DNA of 62,262 nt from Bacillota bacterium (GTDB lineage Bacteria > Bacillota > Clostridia > Christensenellales > UMGS416), in assembly GCA_023409755.1 (NCBI GenBank), contig JAEYRA010000148.1, forward strand, positions 1-62,262, in the 5' to 3' direction. This document shows, piece by piece, positions 8,136 to 18,248 of this stretch. The number at the start of each line of letters is the position of its first letter. Position 1 is the first letter of the stretch. Below the pieces are notes generated by a model. That model had not been told where the DNA came from and did no database searches. It worked only from the letters and a program-made list of their open reading frames with translations. The position numbers and the translations under genes were made by a program.

Positions 8136-8942
8136 ATGGGTACGGCAGACCGGGCGATGGCGTCGTTGGGGCGCATGGAGGCGTTGACACGGCAGGACAC
8201 GCCCATTCACCGGCGGCACCCGCTGGCCCACCTGTTGGTGGCGCTAGGGTACCTCGTCACGCTGGCCTCCTTCAGGCGGTATGAGCTGGCTGGCCTGCTG
8301 CCCTTTCTCTTCTACCCGTTGGCGGTGGCCGCGCTGGGGGAGCTGCCGCTGGGGGACTTGATGCGACGGGGACTGCCGGTGCTGCCGCTGGTGCTGTTTC
8401 TCGGGGCGTTCAACCCCATCTTTGACCAGAACGTGCTGCTCTTTGCCGGGTATCGGCTGTCTGCGGGTTGGCTCTCTCTGGTGAGCATGACGCTGCGGGG
8501 GATACTGAGCGTGTTGGCGGCGCTGCTGCTGGCGGCCACCGCCGGTATGGCCGGGCTGGGCCGGGCGCTGGGGCTGCTGCGGGTGCCCCAGGTGATTGTG
8601 ACCCAACTGCTGTTCACCTACCGGTATCTCTTTGTGCTGGGGGGCGAGGGTGGCCGCATGTGGCTGGCGTACAGCCTGCGTGCCTCGGGGCAGCGGGGGG
8701 TGGCATTCCGCCAGTGGGGCAGCTTCGCCGGCCAGTGGCTGCTGCGCTCCCTCCACCGGGCGGAGCGCATCCACGCCGCCATGCTCTGCCGAGGGTTCGA
8801 CGGTGCCATGCCCGGGGGCCCGGCAGTTCCGTTCGCCTGGGCGGATGGCCTGTATGCCGCCGGGTGGATTGCCTTCTTTGTGGCTGCGCGGCTTGTGAAC
8901 CTGCCGCTGTGGCTGGGATCGCTGTTGATAGGAGGAACCTGA
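8136..8942 (+). CDS. cbiQ: ECF transporter transmembrane (T) component CbiQ
   Basis: RBS AGGAGG at 8121-8126 and ATG at 8136. Multi-TM protein with CbiQ-like sequence, positioned between cbiM and cbiO. Confidence 0.85.
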   Translation: MGTADRAMASLGRMEALTRQDTPIHRRHPLAHLLVALGYLVTLASFRRYELAGLLPFLFYPLAVAALGELPLGDLMRRGLPVLPLVLFLGAFNPIFDQNVLLFAGYRLSAGWLSLVSMTLRGILSVLAALLLAATAGMAGLGRALGLLRVPQVIVTQLLFTYRYLFVLGGEGGRMWLAYSLRASGQRGVAFRQWGSFAGQWLLRSLHRAERIHAAMLCRGFDGAMPGGPAVPFAWADGLYAAGWIAFFVAARLVNLPLWLGSLLIGGT

Positions 8943-8944
8943 CC

Positions 8945-9679
8945 ATGCCCATCATCGAAGCCCAAAGCATGCAATATGCCTACCCTGACGGCCACCCGGC
9001 GCTGGGGGGGCTCACCTTTGCCGTGGAGCCGGGGGAGCGGGTGGGCCTGGCCGGCCCCAACGGTGCGGGCAAGTCCACGCTGTTGCTGCTGCTGGCCGGT
9101 GTTCTGCTGCCTGGCAGCGGTGTGCTCACCATCGCCGGGCACCGGGCGCAGAAGGGTACATTGCCGGCCATTCGCCGGGCGGCGGGGCTGGTGTTTCAGG
9201 ATTCGGACGATCAGCTCTTCTGCTCCACCGTGCGGGAGGATGTGGCCTTCGGCCCCCGCAACCTGAAACTGCCCGAGGCCGAGGTGGCCGAACGGGTGGA
9301 GCGTGCGCTTGCGTTGACTGGCGCGGCACCCCTGGCTGACCGGCCGCCCTACAAACTCTCCGGCGGGGAGAAGCGGGCCGCCGCCGTGGCCGCGGTGCTC
9401 GCCATGGAGCCGCAGGTGCTGCTGCTCGATGAGCCTTCGTCCTCCATGGACCCGCAGGCGCGCCGGCGGCTCATTCGCCTGATGCAGGGCCTGCCCCAGG
9501 CACAGATTGTGGCGTCTCACGATCTTGACCTGCTGTGGGACGTGTGCGACCGGGTGCTGGTGCTGCGCCAGGGTGCCATCGCCGCCGACGGCCCGGCCCA
9601 CGATGTGCTGCGCGATGAAGCGCTGCTTGCCTCCTGCGCGCTGGAGCTGCCACTGCGCCTGCAACCCCTGGGGGTATGA
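8945..9679 (+). CDS. cbiO: ECF transporter ATPase CbiO
   Basis: Walker A GPNGAGKST, signature LSGGEKRAAAVA and Walker B LLLDEP. It starts 3 nt after the cbiQ stop. Confidence 0.9.
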   Translation: MPIIEAQSMQYAYPDGHPALGGLTFAVEPGERVGLAGPNGAGKSTLLLLLAGVLLPGSGVLTIAGHRAQKGTLPAIRRAAGLVFQDSDDQLFCSTVREDVAFGPRNLKLPEAEVAERVERALALTGAAPLADRPPYKLSGGEKRAAAVAAVLAMEPQVLLLDEPSSSMDPQARRRLIRLMQGLPQAQIVASHDLDLLWDVCDRVLVLRQGAIAADGPAHDVLRDEALLASCALELPLRLQPLGV

Positions 9680-9733
9680 TAGCCGACCCGAATTGCCATA
9701 CTATTCCCAAAGGATGTTCCGGAGGGATGGGCA

Positions 9734-10381
9734 ATGCGAAAGGGAACGCAGGTGTCGCTCATTGTGGCGGGCGCACTGCTGTGTGCGGCGGGGGTACTGA
9801 CCGCCGTCGTCCACGAGGTGTGGGGTGGCAGCATTCCGCTGTTCCCGAAGCTGGGGGTGGAACCCCAGCTGGGCGTGTTGGCCACGGCCCAGCCCTTCCC
9901 TACTGGGGTGGATGCCACCGCCCAGCCGGCGGGGGTGAACCTGGGTCAGACGCTGCCTGCGTCCACCTCGGCAGCTGGCGTCATCCGCGAAGACATGAGC
10001 GTCTTCTGGGTCACCCGCTACACCTCCTGCGGGCATGAGGTGGTGCGGGAGCGTGCTCCCGACCCCGAGACCATCGGCTGGAGCTACGATCGCTTTGCCC
10101 GGTATTACCCCGGCTACACCATGACACCCCTGGGCACGAACCTGCGGATGGAGCATGTCATCGCCCAGTATTGCCCTACCCATTACCTCATCCGCAGCGA
10201 TGAGAGCGGCGCCATCTACGTCTACCGCAATGTGGAGGGGGAGGGCACGCTGACCCAGCTGACCCGCATGAACTTCACCGTGGACATGGTACCGCAGGAT
10301 TACCAAGACCTTCTCAAGGAAGGCATGGTCTTTGACAGTCTGGAGGAAATCGAGGGGCTCATTGAGGACGCGGAGACGTGA
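9734..10381 (+). CDS. Membrane-anchored hypothetical protein
   Basis: RBS GGAGGGATGGG, an N-terminal TM helix and a conserved-looking C-terminal domain (YCPTHYLIRSDESGAIYVYR). Family not confidently recognised. Confidence 0.6.
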   Translation: MRKGTQVSLIVAGALLCAAGVLTAVVHEVWGGSIPLFPKLGVEPQLGVLATAQPFPTGVDATAQPAGVNLGQTLPASTSAAGVIREDMSVFWVTRYTSCGHEVVRERAPDPETIGWSYDRFARYYPGYTMTPLGTNLRMEHVIAQYCPTHYLIRSDESGAIYVYRNVEGEGTLTQLTRMNFTVDMVPQDYQDLLKEGMVFDSLEEIEGLIEDAET

Positions 10382-10484
10382 AGCACCTGATACCCAAAGG
10401 GACGTCGAGACGGCGTCTCTTTTTTCTTGCCCGTATGCGGCCCATTTGGTATCATCTTGATGATTACATTGAGGAGGGACGACG

Positions 10485-12152
10485 ATGGGCAAATATGCCA
10501 TTGGCGTGGATTTCGGTACCCAATCCGGCAGGGCGGTGCTGGTGGAACTGGGAACGGCAAAGGAGCTGGCGGCAGCGGTGCTGGCCTACCCCCACGGGGT
10601 GATGGACGAGGCGCTGCCCGATGGCACACCCCTGCCGCCTGATTGGGCGCTGCAGCACCCGGCGGATTATCTGGCAGTGTTGGAGTCCACGATCCCCGCT
10701 GTGCTGCGGGATGGTGGCATTGACCCGGCTGATGTCATTGGCGTAGGCATCGACTTCACCGCCTGCACCATGCTGCCCACAACCGCCGACGGCACGCCGC
10801 TGTGCCTGCTGCCCCAGTGGCAGCACAACCCCCACAGCTACATCAAGCTGTGGAAGCACCACGCCGCCCAGGACGAGGCCAACGACCTCAACGCCATCGC
10901 CGGGGAGCGGGGCGAGGGGTTCCTCAAGCGCTATGGCGGCAAGATCTCCTCGGAGTGGATGTTCCCCAAGGTCTGGCAGATCCTGAATGAGGCGCCGGAA
11001 GTCTACGCCGCCGCTGACCGATTCCTGGAGGCGGCCGACTGGGTCATCTGGCAGCTCACCGGCCAGGAGCGGCGCAACTCCTGCACGGCGGGGTATAAGG
11101 CCATGTGGTCGCGCACCGAGGGCTATCCCTCCAACGATTTCTTCCGCGCGCTGGACCCGCGGCTGGAGCATGTGATTGAGGAGAAATTCTCCACCGACAT
11201 TTACCCCCAGGGGGCCAAGGCTGGCGAGGTGACCGCCGCCATGGCCGCGCGCACCGGACTCAAAGCCGGTACCGCCGTGGCGGTGGCCAATGTGGACGCT
11301 CACGTCACCGTGCCGGCGGTGGGCATTACCGGCCCGGGCAAGCTCCTGATGATCATGGGCACCTCGACCTGCCACGTGCTGCTGGGGGAGGAGGAGAAGC
11401 TCGTCCCAGGCATGTGCGGCGTGGTGGTCGATGGCGTGCTGCCGGGCCTGCCGGGCTATGAGGCCGGGCAAAGCTGTGTGGGAGACCACTTCGAGTGGTT
11501 TGTGGAGAATTGCCTGCCCGCCGCCTACGAGCGGGAGGCCCAGGCCAGGGGCATCGGCGTGCACCAGCTGCTGACCGAGAAAGCCGCCGCCCTGAAGGTG
11601 GGCGAGAGCGGCCTTGTGGCCTTGGATTGGTGGAACGGCAACCGCTCGGTGCTGGTGGACGTGGACCTGACGGGCTTGCTCTTGGGCTGCACGCTGCTGA
11701 CCAAGCCCGAGGAGATCTACCGTGCCCTCATCGAGGCCACGGCCTACGGTACCCGCATGATCGTGGACAACTTCAAAAAGAGTGGCGTGGATGTGACCGA
11801 GCTGTATGCCGCCGGCGGCATCGCCCAGAAGAACGAACTGATGATGCAGATCTACGCCGACGTCACCAACATGGAAATCCGCATTGCCCAGTCGGCCCAG
11901 GCACCGGCGGTGGGTTCGGCCATGTTTGCCGCCGTGGCCGCCGGCGCAGCCCGCGGGGGGTATGACAGCATCGTGGATGCCGCACAGGAGATGGGCCGCG
12001 TTATGGACCGGGTGTACCGGCCCATCCCGGCCAACGTCGCCCTGTATGAGCGTCTCTATGCCGAGTATGTGACGCTGCACGACACCTTTGGCCGTGGCAC
12101 CAACGACGTGATGAAGCGCCTGAAGGCCCTGCGGGAGGAGCAGAAGGCGTAA
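10485..12152 (+). CDS. araB: Ribulokinase (FGGY carbohydrate kinase)
   Basis: [22 protein letters not shown]..., about 555 aa, with AraB-type sequence throughout. RBS GAGGAGGG. Confidence 0.9.
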   Translation: MGKYAIGVDFGTQSGRAVLVELGTAKELAAAVLAYPHGVMDEALPDGTPLPPDWALQHPADYLAVLESTIPAVLRDGGIDPADVIGVGIDFTACTMLPTTADGTPLCLLPQWQHNPHSYIKLWKHHAAQDEANDLNAIAGERGEGFLKRYGGKISSEWMFPKVWQILNEAPEVYAAADRFLEAADWVIWQLTGQERRNSCTAGYKAMWSRTEGYPSNDFFRALDPRLEHVIEEKFSTDIYPQGAKAGEVTAAMAARTGLKAGTAVAVANVDAHVTVPAVGITGPGKLLMIMGTSTCHVLLGEEEKLVPGMCGVVVDGVLPGLPGYEAGQSCVGDHFEWFVENCLPAAYEREAQARGIGVHQLLTEKAAALKVGESGLVALDWWNGNRSVLVDVDLTGLLLGCTLLTKPEEIYRALIEATAYGTRMIVDNFKKSGVDVTELYAAGGIAQKNELMMQIYADVTNMEIRIAQSAQAPAVGSAMFAAVAAGAARGGYDSIVDAAQEMGRVMDRVYRPIPANVALYERLYAEYVTLHDTFGRGTNDVMKRLKALREEQKA

Positions 12153-12186
12153 TCTGTATCTTCCTCCAAGCTGGCGCAGGTATAAA

Positions 12187-12224
12187 ACAAAAGAACCGGA
12201 ACGAGTTCGTTCCGGTTCTTTTCA
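12187..12224. terminator. Bidirectional intrinsic terminator after araB
   Basis: AAAAGAACCGGAACGA / TCGTTCCGGTTCTTTT perfect palindrome flanked by A- and T-runs. Confidence 0.75.
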
Positions 12225-12413
12225 TCCTTCCAAACAATACCCCGGGGCGGGGTGTGTGGATTCATTGATACTGTTACGGACACGTTCTGCTTCCACACGA
12301 TGCCCTTTGTGATGCCTTCATTGGCTATTTCCCTATGTTTGGCAGGGCCCATGCGGTATAATGGAGGCAAAGGCTCCGGCGAGGAGCCAACACAAACCAA
12401 ATGGGAGGCGCTT

Positions 12414-13226
12414 ATGAAACTGCAGTATCTGGGCACCGCGGCGGCGGAGGGGATCCCCGGTATTTTCTGCCGGTGTGAGGTGTGTCAAAAGGCCCGTGTG
12501 CTGGGTGGCAAAGATCTGCGCCGCCGCTCCGGCGCGTTTCTGGACGATCGGCTGCTCATCGATGTGCCGCCGGACCTCTATGCGGCATCGCTGGCATTGG
12601 GCATCGATCTGTCCGTGGTGGAGGACATCCTCGTGACCCACGTGCACCGTGACCATTTCTACCTGCAGGAGCTCGACGACTATGCGCCCATGTTCGCCCA
12701 TCGCAAGGGTGTGCCGGCGGTGCGTCTCCATGGCAGCGAGACGGTGCGGGACGATTTCCGGCGGGAATACGAATGGCGGCTCGATGGCTTTGTGGAGCCG
12801 ATGGTCGTCCACCCCTACCGTGCGGTGGAGATTGCCGGCTATACCGTGATGCCGCTGCGTGCCAGCCACGGCGCTGGCATCAGCCTCATCTATGCCATTG
12901 AGGGCGGCGGCAAGCGGCTGCTCTATGCCAACGACACCGGCTTCCCCGGTGAGGAGGTGTGGGAGCACCTGAAGGGCATGCGCTTTGACCTCGTCAGCAT
13001 GGACTGCACCAGCGTTGCCGGCCCTGCTTACGAGAGCCACATGAACATCGAGGGCAACCTCAAAATGCGGCAGCGGCTGCTTGACATGGGGTCGGCTGAT
13101 GAAAAGACGGTGTTCGTGGTGACGCACTTCTCCCACAATGGGGGGTTGCTGCACGACGAAATCGTAGCCCGGTTTGCCGATGTGGGCGCTCTGGTGGCCT
13201 ACGACGGCTTCACGGTGGAGGTGTAA
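12414..13226 (+). CDS. MBL-fold metallo-hydrolase
   Basis: RBS GGGAGG, start MKLQYLGTAAAEG, and the HxHxDH motif (THVHRDHF). Confidence 0.8.
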   Translation: MKLQYLGTAAAEGIPGIFCRCEVCQKARVLGGKDLRRRSGAFLDDRLLIDVPPDLYAASLALGIDLSVVEDILVTHVHRDHFYLQELDDYAPMFAHRKGVPAVRLHGSETVRDDFRREYEWRLDGFVEPMVVHPYRAVEIAGYTVMPLRASHGAGISLIYAIEGGGKRLLYANDTGFPGEEVWEHLKGMRFDLVSMDCTSVAGPAYESHMNIEGNLKMRQRLLDMGSADEKTVFVVTHFSHNGGLLHDEIVARFADVGALVAYDGFTVEV

Positions 13227-13474
13227 GCACTTCCGCCCGTTGACGCATCCCTCTCTTTACATCGCCGCCGAATTCTGTTACCATACAACCATTCCAACAA
13301 GGAGGACAACGAGGAGTGGAGATCCGCGCGTAATCGGCCAGAACACCGAACCCGCCGCCATTGGCTGCGGGGGGACTGTTTTGCCGGAAGCGCGCCGTTG
13401 TACTCCGTCCGTTGGGTCAACAGGTCTATTTTGCGCTTCCGGTGGGGAGAAATCCTCAAGGAGGCGCATTTTTT

Positions 13475-15082
13475 ATGCTAGTGATTAAGGCACAGAAACT
13501 GCTGGTCGAGTTTGGCCAGCGCACGCTTTTTTCCATCGATGAACTTGAGTTGCACAGCGGCGACCGTGTTGGGCTGGTGGGCCGCAATGGCGAGGGCAAG
13601 ACCACGCTCTTGAACGTCCTCTCCGGCTTTGCAGAGCCGACCACCGGCACGGTGCAGACGTTGGCCCCGGTCGCCGTCATCCCCCAGTTTGCCGATGATA
13701 CCGACACCACCGGCGTGCTGGCCCGCCAGCGGGAGCTGTGGGGCATCCCCGAGCAGGCCATGAGCGGCGGGGAGAAGACGCGGCTGCTCATCGCCCGTGC
13801 CCTGGGGCGGGAGAGCGGCGCCCTCTTTTGCGACGAGCCGACCTCCAACCTCGACGCCGAGGGAGTGGAGCGGCTGGAGCAGGAATTGCTGCAATACGAA
13901 GGGGCACTGGTCGTCGTGTCCCACGACCGGGCGCTGCTTGATAAACTTTGCGACCGCATGTGGGAGCTGGAGGATGGGAAGCTGACGGTGTACCGGGGCA
14001 ACTGGACGGCTTACCGCCAGCAAAAGGAGCACAAGCGCCAACGGGCCTGGCAGGAGTATGAGCAGTATGTGGACCAGCGTGACCACCTGACCGAGGCCGT
14101 GCGGGGCGCCATGCAAAAGAGCAAGTCCGTGCGCAAGGCCCCCAAACGCATGGGCAACTCAGAGGCGCGGCTGCATCGGCGGGAGGCGACCGAGATCTCC
14201 CAAAAGCTGGCGCGCAGTGCCCACACCATTGAGACACGGCTGGAGAAGCTGGAGCGCAAGGACAAGCCCCGGGAGGATGCCCGGGTGCGCATGGCGGGCA
14301 GCGCCGCCGACGGCCCCGGCGGCCGCGTGGCCCTGCGGGTGGAGGATCTCCGCTTTGCCTATCCCGATGGGCCGCAGGTGCTGCGGGGCGTCAGCTTTGA
14401 GGTGCCCACCGGTGCGCGGCTGGCGGTGACGGGCCCCAATGGCGCAGGGAAAACCACGCTGCTAAACTGCATCGCCCGGGGCGACACGGGCGTGCGCCCG
14501 GCTCCGGCAGTGCGGCTCGCGTACTTCCGGCAGGACCTGGCTCTGCTGCGTGACGATCAAACCGTGCTGGAGAACGTAATGGACGGCGCGGCGGTGCCTG
14601 TGCAGACGGCGCGCAACATGCTGGCGCGGGTGCTGCTGCCGGCGGAAGCCACGGCCAAGCAGGCGGGGGTGCTCTCCGGTGGGGAGCGGGCCAAGGCGAC
14701 TCTTGTGAAACTGCTGGCCTCCCAGGCGAATCTCCTGCTGCTCGATGAGCCCACGAACTTTCTCGATGTCTACGCCCTGGAGGGGCTGGAGGATCTGATG
14801 GAGCAGTTCCCGGGCACGGTGCTCTTCGTCAGCCACGACCGGTACTTTACCGAGCGGGTGGCGACCGGCGTGTTGCGGCTGGTGGATGGCCGCCTGCGGG
14901 ACGAACGCAACCAACCCAAGCCCGCCATGACCCTCTCGGACGGGGAGCGGCTGCAGCTGACGCTGCGGCGCGACATGCTGCTCTCCCGCGTGTCCACCAT
15001 GGGCGACGGAGCCGAGCGGGACGCCATGCTGGCTGAGTACCAGGAACTGACCGACCGCCTGAAGCAGGGCGGGCGCGGTTGA
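13475..15082 (+). CDS. ABC-F family ATPase (ribosome-associated, possible ARE-type protection protein)
   Basis: Two ABC cassettes (GRNGEGKTT, GPNGAGKTT; LSGGEKT/LSGGERA) are separated by a charged linker, and there are no TM segments. RBS AAGGAGG before the ATG at 13475. Confidence 0.85.
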   Translation: MLVIKAQKLLVEFGQRTLFSIDELELHSGDRVGLVGRNGEGKTTLLNVLSGFAEPTTGTVQTLAPVAVIPQFADDTDTTGVLARQRELWGIPEQAMSGGEKTRLLIARALGRESGALFCDEPTSNLDAEGVERLEQELLQYEGALVVVSHDRALLDKLCDRMWELEDGKLTVYRGNWTAYRQQKEHKRQRAWQEYEQYVDQRDHLTEAVRGAMQKSKSVRKAPKRMGNSEARLHRREATEISQKLARSAHTIETRLEKLERKDKPREDARVRMAGSAADGPGGRVALRVEDLRFAYPDGPQVLRGVSFEVPTGARLAVTGPNGAGKTTLLNCIARGDTGVRPAPAVRLAYFRQDLALLRDDQTVLENVMDGAAVPVQTARNMLARVLLPAEATAKQAGVLSGGERAKATLVKLLASQANLLLLDEPTNFLDVYALEGLEDLMEQFPGTVLFVSHDRYFTERVATGVLRLVDGRLRDERNQPKPAMTLSDGERLQLTLRRDMLLSRVSTMGDGAERDAMLAEYQELTDRLKQGGRG

Positions 15083-15214
15083 CGGCGGACCCGCCAAACC
15101 CTATACTGAGTACAACTTCGCGCACCCCAACGACGGGGACGGGCGGCAGCGCAGGCCTTCCGCAAGGAGGGGCCTGCGCTTTGCACACCCAGCGCAACGG
15201 GTGGGGAGAGGAAC

Positions 15215-17623
15215 ATGCTCTTTGAATACCGACAACGGGGGGCGGAGGCCGACCCCGCGGTGACGGCGGCGCTGGCGCAGGCATTGGAGGTGACGCCGGT
15301 GCTGGCCGGGCTGCTTGCCAGCCGTGGGGTGACGACCGAGGAGGAGGCACGGCGGTTCTTTGCCGCCGGGGCTGAGACCCTGCGCGACCCGCTGGGCTTG
15401 GCGGGCATGGGGCAGGCGGTGGAGCGCGTGCGCCTGGCCTTGGCAGCTGGGGAGCCCATCGTCGTCTACGGCGACTACGACGTGGACGGCGTGTGCGCCA
15501 CCTCCATCCTGGTCAGCTACCTGCGGGAGCAGGGCGGAGACGTGGCGTTCTACATCCCGTCCCGCCACACCGAGGGGTACGGCCTCAACCGCGCGGCCAT
15601 TGAGACGCTCACCGACCGGAAACTGCTCATCACCGTGGACTGCGGCGTCTCCAACCGGGAGGAGGTCGCCCACGCCCGCTCCCTTGGCATGGACGTCATC
15701 GTGACCGACCACCACGAGTGCCCGGAAGAACTGCCCGACTGCACGGCGGTCATCAACCCCAAGCGGCCCGGGCAGGACTATGGCTTTTCGGGCTTGTGCG
15801 GGGCGGGGGTGGCCTTTCAGCTGGTGCGGGCGTTGGGCGGGCTGGAGGCGGCCCTTGCGCGGGTGGATCTGGCCGCGCTGGCCACGGTGGCCGACCTGGT
15901 GCCGTTGGTGGACGAGAACCGCGCGCTGGTGCGGTTGGGTCTCGCCAGCATGAACGCCGCGCCTCGACCAGGCGTCGCCGCGCTCATGGAGGTGGCGGGC
16001 CTCAATGGCCGGCCGCTCAAGGCCGGCAACATCGCCTTCGGCCTGGCCCCGCGCATCAACGCCGGCGGGCGGATGGACTACTCCCGCAAGTCGGTGGAGA
16101 TGATGCTGACCGACGACGCCGAGGCCGCCCGCGCCACTGCCCAGGAGCTTGACGACGACAATCGCGACCGACTGGCAGTGGAGGACGCCATGCTGCGGGA
16201 GGCCGTGGACATGGTGGAGCGGGACTACGACTTCGCCGGCCGGCGGGCCATCGTGCTCTGCCAGCCCCACTGGAACACCGGCGTCACCGGCATCGTGGCG
16301 GCGCGGCTGGTGGAGCGGTATAGCCGGCCCACGATCCTCTTTGGCGCAGGGGAGGGGGCCTGCTATGGCTCAGGCCGCAGCGTCCCCGGCGTGCACCTCT
16401 ACCGGGCGCTGCTGGCCTGCTCGCGGTTCTTCCTGCGTTTCGGCGGGCACGAGCAAGCCGCCGGCTGCGCCCTGGTGGAGGAGAACCTTGACGCCTTCCG
16501 TGACGCGCTGGACGAGCACCTGCGGGGGGCCTGCCCGCAGGAGGTGTTCCTGCCCAGCCGGGCATACGACCGGGATTTGGAGCTCACCGAGGTGGGTCTG
16601 GCCCTGGCGCGGGAGCTGGAACAGATGGAGCCCACGGGCTTTGGCAACCCCAAGCCGGTGTTTCTGCTGCGGCAGGCCCCCCTTTCGGGCCTCTCACGCA
16701 CGCGGGATGGAAAACACCTGCGCATGCGCTTTGGCGGGGGTGACGGACTGGAGGGCATCGCCTTCCGGCAGGGCGACAGCTTCGACATGCTGAACCGGTC
16801 GCCGGCCTGCGATGCGCTGGTGGTGCCGGATGTCAATGAGTTCCGCGGGGTGCAGCGGGTGCAGGCCCAGGTGGAGCACCTGCGTCCCCCGCAGGACGAG
16901 GCCTTTGCCCGGGCGGTGGTGGCCGGGGCCGGTGCGGCGGTGCAGCGTGCCCTGTGCGCCGGCGGCGATGACGTACCCGCTGCCGGTGCTGCGTGCGTTC
17001 CCTGGCAGCAGGGGATGGGGGAACTCATCGCTGCCCTGCAGGAGAGCCCCTGGGGCACACTGGTGCTCTGCCGCACCCAAAGCAGCGCTGCTGCGGTGCT
17101 GGATGGCTTGGCAGCGGCTGGCTGCCTTGGGCGTGTCTACGTGGGGGAGGGCATTGCCCCCCAGGCCCGCCGGCGGGAGAATGCCATCGTCCTCGCCCCC
17201 GACGTCACTCGCCTGCCCCTCCATCAGTTTGGCCGCATCTACCTGCCCGACGGGCCGTTGGCCCTGCCGCTGGCGGGGCAATTGAATAATGACGGCCGCT
17301 GCATTATAATGAACGATAACCATAAATCCGGTCGGCTGGCGGAGCTTTTCTGCCGGGAGGGATTGCTGGACGTGTACCGCCGCATGCAAACAGCGCTGCG
17401 GGCCGGCAAAGGACCTGACGGCCCCGCTGACTGGGACTGGCTGGGGGCTGAGGGCCCCACCGGCTGGGCGGCGGAGGTGGCCGCGCGGGTCTTCCAGGAA
17501 CTGGGGTTGCTTGCGGCCCTCGACCGTGCGCCGTGGCTTGCCGTTCCCCCACGAGGGGAGCGAACCGATCTCTTATTGAGTGCCATTTACAGGCGGGTCA
17601 CCGCCTGCCTGACGGAGGTGTAG
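15215..17623 (+). CDS. recJ: Single-stranded-DNA-specific exonuclease RecJ
   Basis: DHH motifs (VVYGDYDVDGVCATS, IVTDHHE) and the DHHA1 region, in an 802-aa protein. Confidence 0.9.
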   Translation: MLFEYRQRGAEADPAVTAALAQALEVTPVLAGLLASRGVTTEEEARRFFAAGAETLRDPLGLAGMGQAVERVRLALAAGEPIVVYGDYDVDGVCATSILVSYLREQGGDVAFYIPSRHTEGYGLNRAAIETLTDRKLLITVDCGVSNREEVAHARSLGMDVIVTDHHECPEELPDCTAVINPKRPGQDYGFSGLCGAGVAFQLVRALGGLEAALARVDLAALATVADLVPLVDENRALVRLGLASMNAAPRPGVAALMEVAGLNGRPLKAGNIAFGLAPRINAGGRMDYSRKSVEMMLTDDAEAARATAQELDDDNRDRLAVEDAMLREAVDMVERDYDFAGRRAIVLCQPHWNTGVTGIVAARLVERYSRPTILFGAGEGACYGSGRSVPGVHLYRALLACSRFFLRFGGHEQAAGCALVEENLDAFRDALDEHLRGACPQEVFLPSRAYDRDLELTEVGLALARELEQMEPTGFGNPKPVFLLRQAPLSGLSRTRDGKHLRMRFGGGDGLEGIAFRQGDSFDMLNRSPACDALVVPDVNEFRGVQRVQAQVEHLRPPQDEAFARAVVAGAGAAVQRALCAGGDDVPAAGAACVPWQQGMGELIAALQESPWGTLVLCRTQSSAAAVLDGLAAAGCLGRVYVGEGIAPQARRRENAIVLAPDVTRLPLHQFGRIYLPDGPLALPLAGQLNNDGRCIIMNDNHKSGRLAELFCREGLLDVYRRMQTALRAGKGPDGPADWDWLGAEGPTGWAAEVAARVFQELGLLAALDRAPWLAVPPRGERTDLLLSAIYRRVTACLTEV

Positions 17624-17626
17624 CAG

Positions 17627-18142
17627 ATGAACCTGAAGGACAAGGTGCGGGTCATCCCCGACTTCCCGATGCCGGGCATCCGGTACCGGGACATCACGAC
17701 GCTCTTGAAAGACGGCGAGGCGTATGCCGAGTTGCTGGAGCGTATGTACGAGCACTTGAAGGACCGGGGCGTTGCGCTCATTGCCGGGCCGGAGGCCCGC
17801 GGCTATGTCATTGGCGCGCCGTTGGCCTATATGCTGCGGGCCGGCTTTGTGCCGGTGCGACGCCCCGGCCGCCTACCTGCTGAGGTGTTCCGCTATGAGT
17901 ACCAGATCGAGCAGGGGCGCAGCGATACACTGGAAGTGCACCGCGACGCCATCCTGCCCGGGCAGAAGGTGGTGGTGGTGGACGACCTGCTTGCCACCGG
18001 CAGCACGGCGCTGGCCACCTGCCAGCTGCTGCAGCGCATGGGGGCGGAGATCGTATCGGTCTGCTTCGCCATGGAAATGACGATGTACTCCGGTAGGGAG
18101 ATCCTCTCGGACTACGAGGTGTTCTCGGCGATCAAATTCTAG
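17627..18142 (+). CDS. apt: Adenine phosphoribosyltransferase
   Basis: 171 aa with PRPP motif VVVVDDLLATGST. The recJ-apt-relA order is conserved. Confidence 0.95.
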   Translation: MNLKDKVRVIPDFPMPGIRYRDITTLLKDGEAYAELLERMYEHLKDRGVALIAGPEARGYVIGAPLAYMLRAGFVPVRRPGRLPAEVFRYEYQIEQGRSDTLEVHRDAILPGQKVVVVDDLLATGSTALATCQLLQRMGAEIVSVCFAMEMTMYSGREILSDYEVFSAIKF

Positions 18143-18248
18143 GGATCAACGGGCAGGAACTGTGAGCCGTGGCGTGAGACGCGTGATGGCCGGGCAGTTC
18201 ATTTGGCCCGGCACGGTGACCGCCGGATGACCGGCCAGAGGTGACAGT

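Noticed and set aside
7925-8206. Minus-strand ORFs inside the repeat copies with similar peptides (7925..8206, 45381..45791, 47984..48223, 47833..48093, 49729..49917; for example ...FAAHVAERY...LPPAG)
   Set aside because: The similarity follows from nucleotide identity of the repeats. Indels between copies shift the shared peptide segments into different frames (copies 5 and 6 versus 1 and 4). There is no consistent start or RBS. The elements are not protein-coding.
10464-12080. 538-aa minus-strand ORF, and similar long antisense ORFs (15101..16270 -, 18132..19478 -, 26200..27765 -, 40940..43030 -, 48253..49686 -, 60149..61606 -, 21792..23018 -, 24084..25124 -)
   Set aside because: Each lies opposite a confidently recognised gene (araB, recJ, relA, gpmI, GH38-like, TrpB-like, AKR, hemZ, pgk). 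None has a recognisable motif or RBS. They are shadow ORFs.
18200-18232. Hairpin GCCGGGC-AGTTCATTTG-GCCCGGC upstream of relA, with a TTCAT-containing loop like HP1 of the repeat family
   Set aside because: It is isolated, with none of the other family motifs adjacent. It is probably an unrelated leader hairpin.
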